Source: a virus (lineage: Duplodnaviria; Caudoviricetes). Taken from it: DNA of 30,708 nt. Each line of letters begins with the position of its first letter. Positions within the stretch are counted from its first letter, which is position 1. The stretch is from positions 1 through 30,708 of the IMG/VR virus record IMGVR_UViG_3300020043_002006, one strand, 5' to 3'. The position numbers were made by a program, and so were the translations under genes. The notes below the pieces were generated by a model that was not told where the DNA came from, searched no databases, and saw nothing but the letters and a program-made list of their open reading frames with translations. Below, in pieces: positions 15,844-26,368 of this stretch.

Positions 15844-16841
15844 TGAAAAAAATATTTATTCGTAGTCCGTACTTTATTGAAGTAGATGAACTAAACCAAA
15901 CAAGCGCAAAGATTGAGTTGTACATTTGGAATAAAGAAAGTACAAAACCAAGTACACCTACTTACACATTGAGTAAAGATATAGCAAGTTCAACACAAAC
16001 TTTAATCAGTTGGAATATATCAAACTATGCAAAGGAGTTTATTAAACCTGTTGCACCTGTAGTTGTTAGTTCACCTACTGAAGAATCAGATTTAACTTGG
16101 TGTTATATGCAAGTAATTTCTTATTCAAATGATGTAGAAGTTAACAATGAAACATTTGTTTGTTTAAATGGTTATACTGCTTATTCTGATGGGTATAATT
16201 ATTCAACAACTGATGATATAGTTCCTTTAGTGAACGTAGACATTAAAGCGTATAAGTATACAAATGTTCCTTACATAAATGTATTTTTAGATTCAAATCA
16301 ATACACTTGGAGTTCTGATTCAGCATTTGATTTTATAGATGAGCCAACAGAGGGTATGTGGAAACTACCATATGATTTTAGTAGATATGAATTTGCAGTA
16401 GATGGTGGTTCTACTGATTTTGTATTTAATAGTGAAGAACTTTGCGAACCTAAATACACACCGATTACTTGTACATTTATAAATCGTTATGGTGGTTGGC
16501 AGTTCCTTACATTCTTTAAAGCCAATTCACAAAGCATAGACGTAACTTCTAAAGATTTTAATATGTTGCCTTCAGCTTTAGATTATAATGTCTTAAAAGG
16601 GCAAAAAAGAGCATTTAACCAACAAGGTAAACAAAAGATAAAATGTAACACAGGATGGGTTGATGAAAACTATTTTGAATTGATACAGGATTTGCTTTTG
16701 AGTGAAACAGTATTACTTGATAACAAACCTGTAATGGTTAAAACACAAAGTTCAGAATACAAAACAGGTTTAAAAGATAAAAACATAAATTACGAAATTG
16801 AATTTGAATATAACTTTGGGTTAATTAACGATGTAATATAA
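15843..16841 (+). CDS. Structural tail protein (distal-tail-like)
   Basis: 332 aa beta-rich; FINRYGGWQ, NTGWV, LLLSE. Confidence 0.55.
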   Translation: MKKIFIRSPYFIEVDELNQTSAKIELYIWNKESTKPSTPTYTLSKDIASSTQTLISWNISNYAKEFIKPVAPVVVSSPTEESDLTWCYMQVISYSNDVEVNNETFVCLNGYTAYSDGYNYSTTDDIVPLVNVDIKAYKYTNVPYINVFLDSNQYTWSSDSAFDFIDEPTEGMWKLPYDFSRYEFAVDGGSTDFVFNSEELCEPKYTPITCTFINRYGGWQFLTFFKANSQSIDVTSKDFNMLPSALDYNVLKGQKRAFNQQGKQKIKCNTGWVDENYFELIQDLLLSETVLLDNKPVMVKTQSSEYKTGLKDKNINYEIEFEYNFGLINDVI

Positions 16842-19154
16842 ATGAAAGTAGCTTTATATATATATACTGAAACAAACGAAAACGTTTCAAGCGTAGTTGC
16901 ATCTGATTTTAGAACAAGAGTCTTAGCTGATGGTGGTACATTTGAAGCGCAAACTTGTTGCGTAGATACAATTCAAAGTTTGGGTGGTTCGTTTGCTAAT
17001 GTAGAAACAGCAAAGCGTATTGAATTATTTGAAGATGAAAAGATTTCAGTTACTTCATCAATTCAAAACGTAAATGATATTTCAAGAGTGTTCACTGATT
17101 ACTCGCAGAGTTTTACAATTCCTGCAAGTGATAACAACAACGAAATATTTAGACATTGGTACGAAAATAGTTTGGATGATGCGTTTGACCAACGCAGAAG
17201 ATATAGCGGATATATTGAAATTGATACACAAACTTTCCGTAGTGGTAAATGGCAATTAGAATCTGCAACTGTAAAGGATAATAGAGTTGAAGATTACAAG
17301 ATTACTTTTTATGGTGAATTGAAATCGTTAACTGATAAATTCGGTGAAGATAAATTAAAAGATTTGTCTACTATAAACGATTACACAATTACTTACACAG
17401 GTGCAAATGTTGAAACACTTGTAGAATCAACTTCTGCTACTGATGTAATGTTTCCTTTAATTTCAAGTAGAAGGGTTTGGCAATATGGTGGTGGTGGAAC
17501 TGAAGATATTAGTCAAAACTCACATCATATACATTACACTGAATTGTTTCCTGCTATAAAAGTAGCAAGAATATTTGATGCTATTCAAGATAGATACAAT
17601 GTAAATTTCAGTGGTACATTTTTAAATCAATCAAGGTTTACTTCTGCTTATTTATGGTTAAAAAACAAAGAAACGTTCACAAATTTATCTACACCTAAAT
17701 TAGTACAATTTACAAGTATTTCAAACGAAACATCAAGTGGTACTATTAATACAAACGGATTTACACTAACACCTGTTTATGATGATATTACAAACTATGC
17801 GAATACAGCTATATATATTACGTTATCAATTAGCACTACTTGGAATGTTATATTTTATAAAGATGGTGTTCAGTTATCAAATCAAACAGGAACAGGTACA
17901 AGTATAGCTTTAAACGTTGGTAATATAGCAGGTGATTATCAAATTTATTTATCAACTACTGCAGCTTGTACTTATACAGGTGTATTACAAATATTAGAAT
18001 ACGTTTATAATACTTCAGCAGGGGAAACTGATTTAATAGGGAGTAATGCAAACGTAATAGGTGGTTCGTTAGCTAATGATTTAGATTTAACGCAACATAC
18101 ACCTGATATGAAAATATCTGATTTCTTTAGTGGTATTTTAAAAATGTTTAATCTTACTGCATTTTCTGAAGATGGAACTAACTACACATTAGAACAATTA
18201 GAAAATTGGTACTATCAAGGGCAAATAAGAGATTATAGTGAATATTGTATTACTGATTTTAACTACGATAGAATCAAACCATATAAAAAAGTAGTATTTA
18301 CTTATGAAAAATCAGAAAGTGTTTTAAATAGAGCGTTTTATGATAATGCTGCAAGGGAATATGGCAATTTAGAATACCCATTTAATAGTGATGGTGCAGA
18401 TTACACAATTAAATTACCATTTGAAGATTTATTATTCAATAGATTTACAGGTACTCAGTTACAAGTTGGTTATTCATTGAACAAAGATTTACAACCATAT
18501 ATACCAAAACCAATAATTCTTTATAGAACAGGTGCAAGTGTTTGTAGTTTTTATTTAAACAATGGTACAACAACAAACCATATAACCAACTATAACGTAT
18601 TTGGTCAAGAAGTTTACTATGAAAATAACGTACATAGTTTAAATTGGGGTTACGAAATATCAAGTTACTTTAATGAAATTGTATCAAATAGTTTATTTAG
18701 TGATTACTATTTAAATTACCTATCGAATTTATATTCTTTAAAATCAAGAATGGTAAAAGTAAAAATGCGTTTACCTTATTTGCAGTTATTAAATTTAAAA
18801 TTAAACGATAGAATTGTAATACGTGATAAGCGATACATTATAAACCAATTCACAACTGATTTAATAACGTTTGAAAGTGATTTTGAACTAATACAAGATT
18901 TTAGAAGTGTAAACTTTAACAATGGTAGAGTGCAAACAACTGACAACACATTAAAAACTTTACGTTTTGATAATACTTCAGTTGAGCCTTTAACTTGGAC
19001 CATTGAAAGTGATGTTGATGGTTTGATAACAAGCATTACAAATGGTGATACATACCTTGATGTAGTTGTTAAAGATAATGTAACAGGTTTAGAACGTACT
19101 GCAGCTATTACAAGTAATTTAGGAGACAGAATAATAATTATACAAGATGCTTAA
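16842..19154 (+). CDS. Large tail/baseplate hub protein
   Basis: 770 aa; DISRVFTDYSQSFTIPAS.NNN, LKMFNL; upstream of tape measure. Confidence 0.6.
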   Translation: MKVALYIYTETNENVSSVVASDFRTRVLADGGTFEAQTCCVDTIQSLGGSFANVETAKRIELFEDEKISVTSSIQNVNDISRVFTDYSQSFTIPASDNNNEIFRHWYENSLDDAFDQRRRYSGYIEIDTQTFRSGKWQLESATVKDNRVEDYKITFYGELKSLTDKFGEDKLKDLSTINDYTITYTGANVETLVESTSATDVMFPLISSRRVWQYGGGGTEDISQNSHHIHYTELFPAIKVARIFDAIQDRYNVNFSGTFLNQSRFTSAYLWLKNKETFTNLSTPKLVQFTSISNETSSGTINTNGFTLTPVYDDITNYANTAIYITLSISTTWNVIFYKDGVQLSNQTGTGTSIALNVGNIAGDYQIYLSTTAACTYTGVLQILEYVYNTSAGETDLIGSNANVIGGSLANDLDLTQHTPDMKISDFFSGILKMFNLTAFSEDGTNYTLEQLENWYYQGQIRDYSEYCITDFNYDRIKPYKKVVFTYEKSESVLNRAFYDNAAREYGNLEYPFNSDGADYTIKLPFEDLLFNRFTGTQLQVGYSLNKDLQPYIPKPIILYRTGASVCSFYLNNGTTTNHITNYNVFGQEVYYENNVHSLNWGYEISSYFNEIVSNSLFSDYYLNYLSNLYSLKSRMVKVKMRLPYLQLLNLKLNDRIVIRDKRYIINQFTTDLITFESDFELIQDFRSVNFNNGRVQTTDNTLKTLRFDNTSVEPLTWTIESDVDGLITSITNGDTYLDVVVKDNVTGLERTAAITSNLGDRIIIIQDA

Positions 19155-19290
19155 ACTAATATTAGAAATGCTACCCTTGTTAAAAGAACAAGAAAGCGAA
19201 GCTATAGCAATAGCAAAAGGAAAATACAAGATACCACAAACAATTAAAGAATTTAAAAATCAAATAGAATGGCAATTAAGAAAACGATAG
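19147..19290 (+). CDS. Small hypothetical protein (47 aa, not in ORF track)
   Basis: MLKLILEML..IAIAKGKYKIP; fills the gap before tape measure. Confidence 0.55.
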   Translation: MLKLILEMLPLLKEQESEAIAIAKGKYKIPQTIKEFKNQIEWQLRKR

Positions 19291-21167
19291 AAATTGATGT
19301 AAGTACAATACAAGCTGTAGGTGGTTTAGATAACCTTTCAAAAGCACTTGAAAAAGTAGATGCTTCAGCTAAAGGTGTTGATGCTACATTTGAAGAAGTT
19401 TATGGTGATTTAAAACCGTTGACTGCAAGAATGGGTGAAGCAGAAGATAGGCTTTACGAATTAGCATTAGCAGGTCAAAGTGCAAGTCAAGAATACAAAG
19501 ACTTATTAGCATCAGTTGGTCAATATCGTAAAGTTCAAATGCAAACCGATATGGTAGTTGATGCTGCTGCTACTACATTTGATTCAAAACTTGGTGGTGC
19601 ATTACAAGGTGTTACTTCTACTTTTGCAGGTGTACAAGGTGCGATGGCTTTAACAGGCAATCAATCTGAGCAATTAGAAGAAGCATTATTAAAAGTACAA
19701 GGTGCGATGGCACTTGCTGAAGGTGTACGTGGTATTCGTGAAGGAGTTACATCGTTTAAAGCATTAGGTACATCAGCTAAGGCTGCATTAAGTGGAATTA
19801 GAACAGGAATAGCTGCTACAGGTATTGGTTTATTATTAGTTGCACTTGGTGGAATTGTAGCTTATTGGGATGATATTAAAGCAGCAGTAAATGGTGTAAG
19901 TGCAGAACAAGAAAGTTTAAATGCTAAAGTACAAACTAACTTAGATGCAGAACAAGCCAAGTTAGATACAATCGGTGGTCAAGATAATATTTTAAAACTT
20001 CAAGGTAAAAGTGAAAAGGATATTTTAAAAATCAAGTTAGCACAAACAGAACAAGTTATAAAAGCTACTGAAGCTCAAATTGTACAAAACGATATAACTG
20101 CTAAAGCACAAATATCAGCTGCTGAACGTAACAAAGAAATATTAAAAGGAATGTTAGATTTCCTTTCTATTCCTTTCCAAACTGTATTAAAAACTATTGA
20201 TATGATAGGTTCTGCAGTTGGTAAAGACTTTGGTTTATCGGCAGGATTTTCTAAATTGTTAGACAAAGGTGCGAGTTTAATATTTGACCCTGCAGCAGAA
20301 AGAGCAGCAGCAGAAGAAACAAGAAAGGCAAATTTAAGTTCATTAAACAAACTTAAAAACGATGCAGCAGGTTTAAAACTATCAATTCAAAATATAGATA
20401 GTCAAGCGGCTAAAGAAGCATCAGATAAAGCTAAAGAAATAAACGATAAAAAACTACAAGATGAATTAGATACCTTAACAAAACAAGGTGAAATACTTGC
20501 AAAAGGTAGAGAACAAGCTAAGGCTATAAACGATGGTGTTTTAGAAGATTTAAAATTATTTGGTGAAAAGAAATTAGAAACAACACAAAAAACTTTAGAC
20601 CAACAAATAGCTGCAGCTGAAAATGCAAAGAACAAAGAAATAGAAATTGCTCAGGCAGAAGCTGATGCTAAAGCTGCAATTCAAACTGCAGTATTAGATA
20701 ATATTTCAGGTGGTTTAGGTTTATTAAAACAATTAGGTGAAAAAAACAAAGGAATACAAAAGGCCGCAATTATTGCTGAAAATGCAGTAGGTATTGCAAG
20801 AATTATTTTAAACACACAAGCAGCAAATGCTAAATCAGTTGCAGCATCGCCTTTAACTGCAGGTCAACCTTGGGTAACAATTAATACTATTAGTGGTGCT
20901 TTAAGTGTTGCAAGTTCATTATTAGCTACAAGAAAAGCATTAAGTGCTTTAGGTGGTGGTTCTGCAGGTTCTGCCCCTTCAACAAGTGGTGGTGGTGGTT
21001 CTGCTCCTGCTGCACCAAACTTTAACGTAGTTGGCAATAGTGGTGTAAATCAAATTGCACAAACATTAGGCAATCAGCAACCAATTAAAACATACGTAAC
21101 TGCAAGTGATGTAAGTACGCAACAATCTTTAGATAGAAACATTATAAGAAACGCAAGTATTGGATAA
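19269..21167 (+). CDS. Tail tape measure protein
   Basis: 632 aa, Ala/Gly-rich helical with hydrophobic segment TGIGLLLVALGGIVAYW and coiled coils. Confidence 0.85.
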   Translation: MAIKKTIEIDVSTIQAVGGLDNLSKALEKVDASAKGVDATFEEVYGDLKPLTARMGEAEDRLYELALAGQSASQEYKDLLASVGQYRKVQMQTDMVVDAAATTFDSKLGGALQGVTSTFAGVQGAMALTGNQSEQLEEALLKVQGAMALAEGVRGIREGVTSFKALGTSAKAALSGIRTGIAATGIGLLLVALGGIVAYWDDIKAAVNGVSAEQESLNAKVQTNLDAEQAKLDTIGGQDNILKLQGKSEKDILKIKLAQTEQVIKATEAQIVQNDITAKAQISAAERNKEILKGMLDFLSIPFQTVLKTIDMIGSAVGKDFGLSAGFSKLLDKGASLIFDPAAERAAAEETRKANLSSLNKLKNDAAGLKLSIQNIDSQAAKEASDKAKEINDKKLQDELDTLTKQGEILAKGREQAKAINDGVLEDLKLFGEKKLETTQKTLDQQIAAAENAKNKEIEIAQAEADAKAAIQTAVLDNISGGLGLLKQLGEKNKGIQKAAIIAENAVGIARIILNTQAANAKSVAASPLTAGQPWVTINTISGALSVASSLLATRKALSALGGGSAGSAPSTSGGGGSAPAAPNFNVVGNSGVNQIAQTLGNQQPIKTYVTASDVSTQQSLDRNIIRNASIG

Positions 21168-21191
21168 TGTAAACAAATTTGCTTACAAAAA

Positions 21192-21219
21192 ACAATTTAC
21201 TAAAAAATTAATTTTAAAA
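21192..21219 (+). promoter_or_regulatory. Candidate late promoter (copy 3)
   Basis: ACAA-N12-TTAATTTTAAAA. Confidence 0.55.
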
Positions 21220-21230
21220 ATAAAAAGATA

Positions 21231-21824
21231 ATGAATTTAATCGAACTTATTATAGATGAAAAAGAAGAAATGCAAGGTGTTGACGCCATAAGCGTAGTTG
21301 AATCACCTGCTATTGAATCTGATTTTATTGCATTGAAATCTGAAGAAGTTAAACTTGCTGAAGTAAATAAAGAAAAACGTATCTTAATGGGTGCTGTTTT
21401 AATTCCTGAGAAGCCAATTTACCGAAGAAATGGCGAAGATGAATACTATATATATTTTTCAAAAGAAACTGTAGTAAAAGCATCGCAGTTATTTTTAAAG
21501 AAAGGTAAACAAGGTAATTCTACATTAGAGCATCAGAAAGCTATTGAAGGTTTAACTGTTGTTGAAAGTTGGATTGTTGAAGATTTAACTAAAGACAAAA
21601 CTGCTTTATATAATTTAAGTGTTCCTGTTGGTACTTGGATGGCAAGTGTTAAAGTTGATAACGATGAAATTTGGAACGATTACGTTAAAACAGGAAAAGT
21701 AAAAGGTTTCAGTTTGGAAGGACATTTTGCTGACCAATTAGAAAAGAAAAAAGAATTAAGCAAAGTACTTACTGAAGAAGAAGAATTGATTGAAAAATTA
21801 AAACAAATTTTAAAAAACGCATAA
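21231..21824 (+). CDS. XkdF-like putative prohead serine protease
   Basis: KRILMGAVLIP, LEH, VESW, GTWM, VKTGKVKGFSLEG. Confidence 0.75.
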   Translation: MNLIELIIDEKEEMQGVDAISVVESPAIESDFIALKSEEVKLAEVNKEKRILMGAVLIPEKPIYRRNGEDEYYIYFSKETVVKASQLFLKKGKQGNSTLEHQKAIEGLTVVESWIVEDLTKDKTALYNLSVPVGTWMASVKVDNDEIWNDYVKTGKVKGFSLEGHFADQLEKKKELSKVLTEEEELIEKLKQILKNA

Positions 21825-22021
21825 TGAGCAAACAAACTAAAAGCAAAACAAGTCCAAAAGGTGGAAACAGAGGTTGTCTTTGTAAAGATGGCACTTACAA
21901 AAAAGAATGTTGTAATGGTGATTTACAAGCGCAAGGTGTAGGTGCTACACTTTCACAAGGTGGTGAATCATTAATTACTATTGTTGATGGAACAAGAACT
22001 ATAGTAAGAAACAATGGTTAA
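21824..22021 (+). CDS. Small Cys-rich protein
   Basis: SPKGG.RGCLC.DGTY..ECC.G.LQAQG. Confidence 0.65.
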   Translation: MSKQTKSKTSPKGGNRGCLCKDGTYKKECCNGDLQAQGVGATLSQGGESLITIVDGTRTIVRNNG

Positions 22022-22034
22022 TGTTAAAAATATA

Positions 22035-22062
22035 ACAAAACTTTATAATATTAATTTTAAAA
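22035..22062 (+). promoter_or_regulatory. Candidate late promoter (copy 4)
   Basis: ACAA-N12-TTAATTTTAAAA upstream of scaffold/capsid. Confidence 0.55.
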
Positions 22063-22072
22063 CAAAAATCAA

Positions 22073-22627
22073 ATGTCGAACGTAATTAACCAAATTAAAA
22101 CCTTATTGGGAATGGAAGTAAAACTTGCTCAAATGGCTTTAGAAAATGGTACTATTATCGAAGCTGAAGTATTTGAAGCAGGTGCAAGTGTTTTCATCGT
22201 AAATGAAGAAGATAGAATTGCTTTACCTGTTGGAGAGTACAAGTTAGAAGATGGTATGATTTTAATCGTAGCCGAAGAAGGTATTATTGCTGAAATCAAA
22301 GAAGTTGAAGCGCCTGTTGCTGAAGAAGCACCTGCTGAAACTGAAATTGAAGTAGAGCAAGAAATGTCTGAAGTTAAAGAACCTAAAAGAGTAATTGAAT
22401 CAGTTACTAAAGAAATGTTCTTTGCTGAAATCGAATCTTTGAAAAAAGAAATCGAAGCGTTAAAATTAGCTAAAGAAGAAGTGAAAATTGAAGAAGTAGA
22501 ATTATCTGCTGAACCTTTAACACACAATCCTGATGCTACAACTAAAAGAGATTTAAATTTATTCTCACAAAATAGAACAAAAACAACTTTTGATTCTGTA
22601 TTAAACAAAATTTCAAACTTTAAATAA
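22073..22627 (+). CDS. Probable capsid scaffolding protein
   Basis: Very Glu-rich with coiled coil; directly upstream of the capsid gene. Confidence 0.65.
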   Translation: MSNVINQIKTLLGMEVKLAQMALENGTIIEAEVFEAGASVFIVNEEDRIALPVGEYKLEDGMILIVAEEGIIAEIKEVEAPVAEEAPAETEIEVEQEMSEVKEPKRVIESVTKEMFFAEIESLKKEIEALKLAKEEVKIEEVELSAEPLTHNPDATTKRDLNLFSQNRTKTTFDSVLNKISNFK

Positions 22628-22633
22628 TTAAAA

Positions 22634-23566
22634 ATGGCTACTACTACAAGTATTACTACAACTTACGCAGGTCAATTTGCAGGAAAATATATTTCTGCTG
22701 CTTTATTGTCTGCTTCTACTATCGAAAACGGTGGTATCGAAGTTAAACCAAACATTGCTTACAAAGAAGTTATCAAAAAATTAGCAACTAACGATTTAGT
22801 TAAAGATGCTACTTGTGATTTCTCTGCTACTTCTACAGTTACTTTAACTGAAAGAATCCTTACTCCTGAGGAATTCCAAATTAACTTACAACTTTGTAAA
22901 AAAGATTTCCGTTCAGATTGGGAATCAATCCAAATGGGTTACTCTGCATTTGATTCAATGCCACCAAGTTTTCAAGATTTCTTGTTAGCTCACGTTGCTG
23001 CTAAAGCTGCTCAAAACAATGAAGTATCTATTTGGAGAGGTGCTAACGCTACTGCAGGTCAATTTGATGGATTTGTTACTTTAGCTACTGCTGATTCAAC
23101 TGTTATTGATGTAGTTGGTACTACTGTTGATGCTTCTAACGTAATTGATGAGTTAGGTAAAGTACTTGATGCAATTCCTGCTGCACTTTACGGACAAGAA
23201 GATTTATATATCTATGTTTCTCAAAACGTTGCTCGTGCTTACGTTCGTGCTTTAGGTGGATTTGGTGCTTCAGGTTTAGGTGCTAATGGTACTAACGCTA
23301 TGGGTACACAATGGTTCAATAATGGTTCATTATCTTTTGATGGTGTTAAAATCTTTGTTGCAAACGGATTAGCTGATAACTATATGATGGCTGCTCAAAA
23401 ATCTAACTTATACTTCGGAACAGGTTTATTATCTGACCACAATGAAGTGAAAGTTATTGATATGGCTGATTTAGATGGTTCTCAAAATGTAAGAATCGTT
23501 ATGAGATTTACAGCAGGTGTACAATACGGAATCGGTTCTGACATCGTTCTTTACACTCCTGCATAA
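22634..23566 (+). CDS. Major capsid protein
   Basis: 310 aa, strongly biased codons (GCT/ACT/TTC), between scaffold and a strong terminator. Confidence 0.85.
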   Translation: MATTTSITTTYAGQFAGKYISAALLSASTIENGGIEVKPNIAYKEVIKKLATNDLVKDATCDFSATSTVTLTERILTPEEFQINLQLCKKDFRSDWESIQMGYSAFDSMPPSFQDFLLAHVAAKAAQNNEVSIWRGANATAGQFDGFVTLATADSTVIDVVGTTVDASNVIDELGKVLDAIPAALYGQEDLYIYVSQNVARAYVRALGGFGASGLGANGTNAMGTQWFNNGSLSFDGVKIFVANGLADNYMMAAQKSNLYFGTGLLSDHNEVKVIDMADLDGSQNVRIVMRFTAGVQYGIGSDIVLYTPA

Positions 23567-23585
23567 TTTTTGAATAACCAATTTC

Positions 23586-23620
23586 AAGGGGTGGTGGAAA
23601 AAACGCCACCCTTTTTTTTT
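23586..23620 (+). terminator. Rho-independent terminator
   Basis: GGGTGGTG/CGCCACCC stem followed by T9. Confidence 0.85.
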
Positions 23621-23644
23621 AATAACATATAAAAATATATAACT

Positions 23645-24172
23645 ATGGCTTGTGATTTATCAAGTGGAAGATTAGAAGTATGTAAAGATTCAGTAGGTGG
23701 CTTAAAAGCGGTTTATTTCGTTAATTACGGAGACGCAACAGGTTATACTTACGATGCTACAAATACCGACGTAATCGATGCAGTAGCAGGAACTCCTTCT
23801 GCTTACAAATACGATTTAAAAGGTGCTTCTACATTTACACAAAACGTAAATAGCTCACGTGAGAATGGTACAACATTTTTCGAGCAAGTATTGGAATTAA
23901 CATTTAAAAAATTAACTGTTAAAGACCACAAAGAATTAAAATTAATGGCTTACGGACGCCCTCAAGTTATTGTAGAAGATAACAACGGAAATTTCTTCTA
24001 TGCAGGTTTAGAACACGGAATGGATGTAACAGGTGGTACTATCGTAACAGGTGGTGCTATGGGTGATTTAAGTGGATATACTTTAACGTTAACAGGAATG
24101 GAACAAGTACCTGCTAACTTTATTGGTGACACGTTAACTGCTGCAGGATTTACAGTAGTTGTTGGTTCTTAA
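23645..24172 (+). CDS. Probable major tail tube protein
   Basis: 175 aa, high-expression codon bias, MACDL..GR..CKD.VGG, GYTLTLTG; own terminator. Confidence 0.7.
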   Translation: MACDLSSGRLEVCKDSVGGLKAVYFVNYGDATGYTYDATNTDVIDAVAGTPSAYKYDLKGASTFTQNVNSSRENGTTFFEQVLELTFKKLTVKDHKELKLMAYGRPQVIVEDNNGNFFYAGLEHGMDVTGGTIVTGGAMGDLSGYTLTLTGMEQVPANFIGDTLTAAGFTVVVGS

Positions 24173-24193
24173 TAATCAACTTTAGATTAAATT

Positions 24194-24222
24194 AAGGGTA
24201 GCTTTTTAGTTACCCTTTTTTT
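24194..24222 (+). terminator. Rho-independent terminator
   Basis: AAGGGTAGCT/AGTTACCCTT stem plus T-run. Confidence 0.85.
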
Positions 24223-24228
24223 GTTTTA

Positions 24229-24256
24229 ACAATTAACTACATTATTTATTTTTAAA
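24229..24256 (+). promoter_or_regulatory. Candidate late promoter (copy 5)
   Basis: ACAA-N12-TTTATTTTTAAA. Confidence 0.55.
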
Positions 24257-24264
24257 TAAAAACA

Positions 24265-24594
24265 ATGATAATTCTAAAAGAGCAAGAAGCACCACAAAAC
24301 CTTTATGCCACTATTGATGGTTTAGAAGCTGATGCTATTGTTTTACGTGATGAAGAAACTAATACAGAAGAAACTATTGAATGCGTATTTTCGATTGATA
24401 AATATTACGCAGTTACTAATTTGGTTTTTCCGATAATACAAAATAAATTCTACACACTTACTATTTTAAATGGTACTGATGTAGTTTACAAAGATAAAAT
24501 ATTTTGCACTAATCAAATAATAGAACAATTTAGTATAAACAAAGATGATTATATTCAAAGAACTTCTGAAAACGAATACATAATTTATGGATAA
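24265..24594 (+). CDS. Structural protein (possible head closure)
   Basis: 109 aa beta-rich, upstream of portal. Confidence 0.5.
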   Translation: MIILKEQEAPQNLYATIDGLEADAIVLRDEETNTEETIECVFSIDKYYAVTNLVFPIIQNKFYTLTILNGTDVVYKDKIFCTNQIIEQFSINKDDYIQRTSENEYIIYG

Positions 24595-26365
24595 CGTACA
24601 CATTTTAAGTTTAAGCGCTTATAATTCACCTGTAATAACAGAATCTAAAAATAAAGAGTTTGTTGAATATGGTGAAGATAACAACTATTTTCAATACTTA
24701 ATTGATAGATTTTTGTACTCGAATACAAATCACGCTATCATTACAGGTGTTGCCAATATGATTTATGGAAAAGGTTTAGATGCTACTGATTCAAACAGAA
24801 AGCCAAACGAATACGCACAAATGATTTCTATTGTAAAAAAGGATTGTTTGCGTAAAGTATCATTGGAACGTAAGTTACTTGGTATGGCTGCTATGCAGGT
24901 TATTTACCTGAATGGTAAAGTTAAATCTGTTGAACATTTTCCTATGCACACATTAAGAGCAGAAAAATGTAACGATAAAGGAGAAATTGAAGCGTGGTAT
25001 TACCATCCTGATTGGTCTAAATATAAAAAAGGTGATGAATTAAAACGCATACCTGCTTTTAAATTTGGTAATGGTAAAGAAGTTGAATTGTACGTTATTA
25101 AACCTTATGTATCGGGTTATCATTATTACACGCCTATTGATTATAGTGGTGCTTTGCCTTATGCTATGTTAGAGCAAGAGGTTTCTGATTACTTGATTAA
25201 TGATGTAATGAATGGTTTTAGTGGTACTAAAGTAATTAACTTTAATAATAACATACCACCTGAAGAAAAACGCCAAGAAGTAGCAAGTGAAGTTAAACGT
25301 AAATTAACAGGTTCAAAAGGTGATAAAGTAATTGTATCATTTAACGCAAGTGCAGATAATAAAACTACTGTTGATGACATTCCTTTAAACGATGCTCCTG
25401 AGCATTATCAATATTTAAGTACTGAGTGTTTTGAAAAATTAATAGTTGGTCACAGAGTTACTTCACCAATGCTTTTAGGTATTCGTGATACAGGTGGTGG
25501 TTTAAGTAATAATGCTGATGAAATTGAAACTGCAACACGTTTATTTGACAATATTGTTATTAGACCATACCAATTAGAAATCATTGAAGCTATTGATGAA
25601 ATATTAGCAGTTAATGGTATCGCTTTAAACCTATATTTTAAGACAATACAGCCACTTGATTTTATTGATGTAAATACACTTAACGCAGAAACAAACGAAG
25701 AAGAAACAGGCGTTAAAATGTCTAAGGTGTGCTGTTCGACTGATTCTACTTTAGATGATGAAATAGCTGATGCTTTAATTGATTTAGGTGAAGAACCACG
25801 TGCAAATTGGTTATTGGTTGATGAAAGTGAAGTCGATTACGATAACGATGATGCTGAAAACGAATTATTAGCTAAAGAACCAAAACAAAGTTTACTATCT
25901 AAAGTTTACAATTTTGTAAGCACAGGTAATGCAAGACCAAACGCTAAAAGTGAGCAAGATGAAAACATTGATGGTATTCGTTTTATTACACGTTACGTTT
26001 ATGCAGGTGATACTAATGCTAAAAGCAGATTGTTTTGCAAAAAAATGTCTGATGCTAATAAGATATACCGAAAAGAAGATATTATAAGAATGTCAGAACA
26101 AGCAGTAAACAAAGGATGGGGTCCAAAAGGTGCTGATACTTATTCAATTTGGTTATATAAAGGTGGTGGTGCTTGTCACCATAGATGGAACAAACAAGTG
26201 TATGCAAGTTTTGAGGGTGTAAACATTGATGTTAATTCACCAAAAGCAAAACAAATTGCAGGTCGTAAAGCTGAAGCATATGGATATACAATTAAGAATC
26301 CTGAATTAGTTTCACAACGACCAATAGATATGCCGAACAAAGGATTTTTACCTAAAAACAATTAA
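24587..26365 (+). CDS. Portal protein with C-terminal extension
   Basis: YGEDN.Y, NGFS, GHRVTSPMLLGI, NNADEI, IRPYQ in the first ~370 aa; extension with SRLFC and GGGACHHRW. Confidence 0.75.
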   Translation: MDNVHILSLSAYNSPVITESKNKEFVEYGEDNNYFQYLIDRFLYSNTNHAIITGVANMIYGKGLDATDSNRKPNEYAQMISIVKKDCLRKVSLERKLLGMAAMQVIYLNGKVKSVEHFPMHTLRAEKCNDKGEIEAWYYHPDWSKYKKGDELKRIPAFKFGNGKEVELYVIKPYVSGYHYYTPIDYSGALPYAMLEQEVSDYLINDVMNGFSGTKVINFNNNIPPEEKRQEVASEVKRKLTGSKGDKVIVSFNASADNKTTVDDIPLNDAPEHYQYLSTECFEKLIVGHRVTSPMLLGIRDTGGGLSNNADEIETATRLFDNIVIRPYQLEIIEAIDEILAVNGIALNLYFKTIQPLDFIDVNTLNAETNEEETGVKMSKVCCSTDSTLDDEIADALIDLGEEPRANWLLVDESEVDYDNDDAENELLAKEPKQSLLSKVYNFVSTGNARPNAKSEQDENIDGIRFITRYVYAGDTNAKSRLFCKKMSDANKIYRKEDIIRMSEQAVNKGWGPKGADTYSIWLYKGGGACHHRWNKQVYASFEGVNIDVNSPKAKQIAGRKAEAYGYTIKNPELVSQRPIDMPNKGFLPKNN

Positions 26366-26368
26366 CAA

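Noticed and set aside
17074-17259. 61-aa + strand ORF nested in the tail hub gene
   Set aside because: Out-of-frame and fully internal, with no leader or slippery site seen
20950-21020. GGTGGTGGTTCTGC repeats in the tape measure gene
   Set aside because: Explained by a Gly/Ser/Ala linker in the protein
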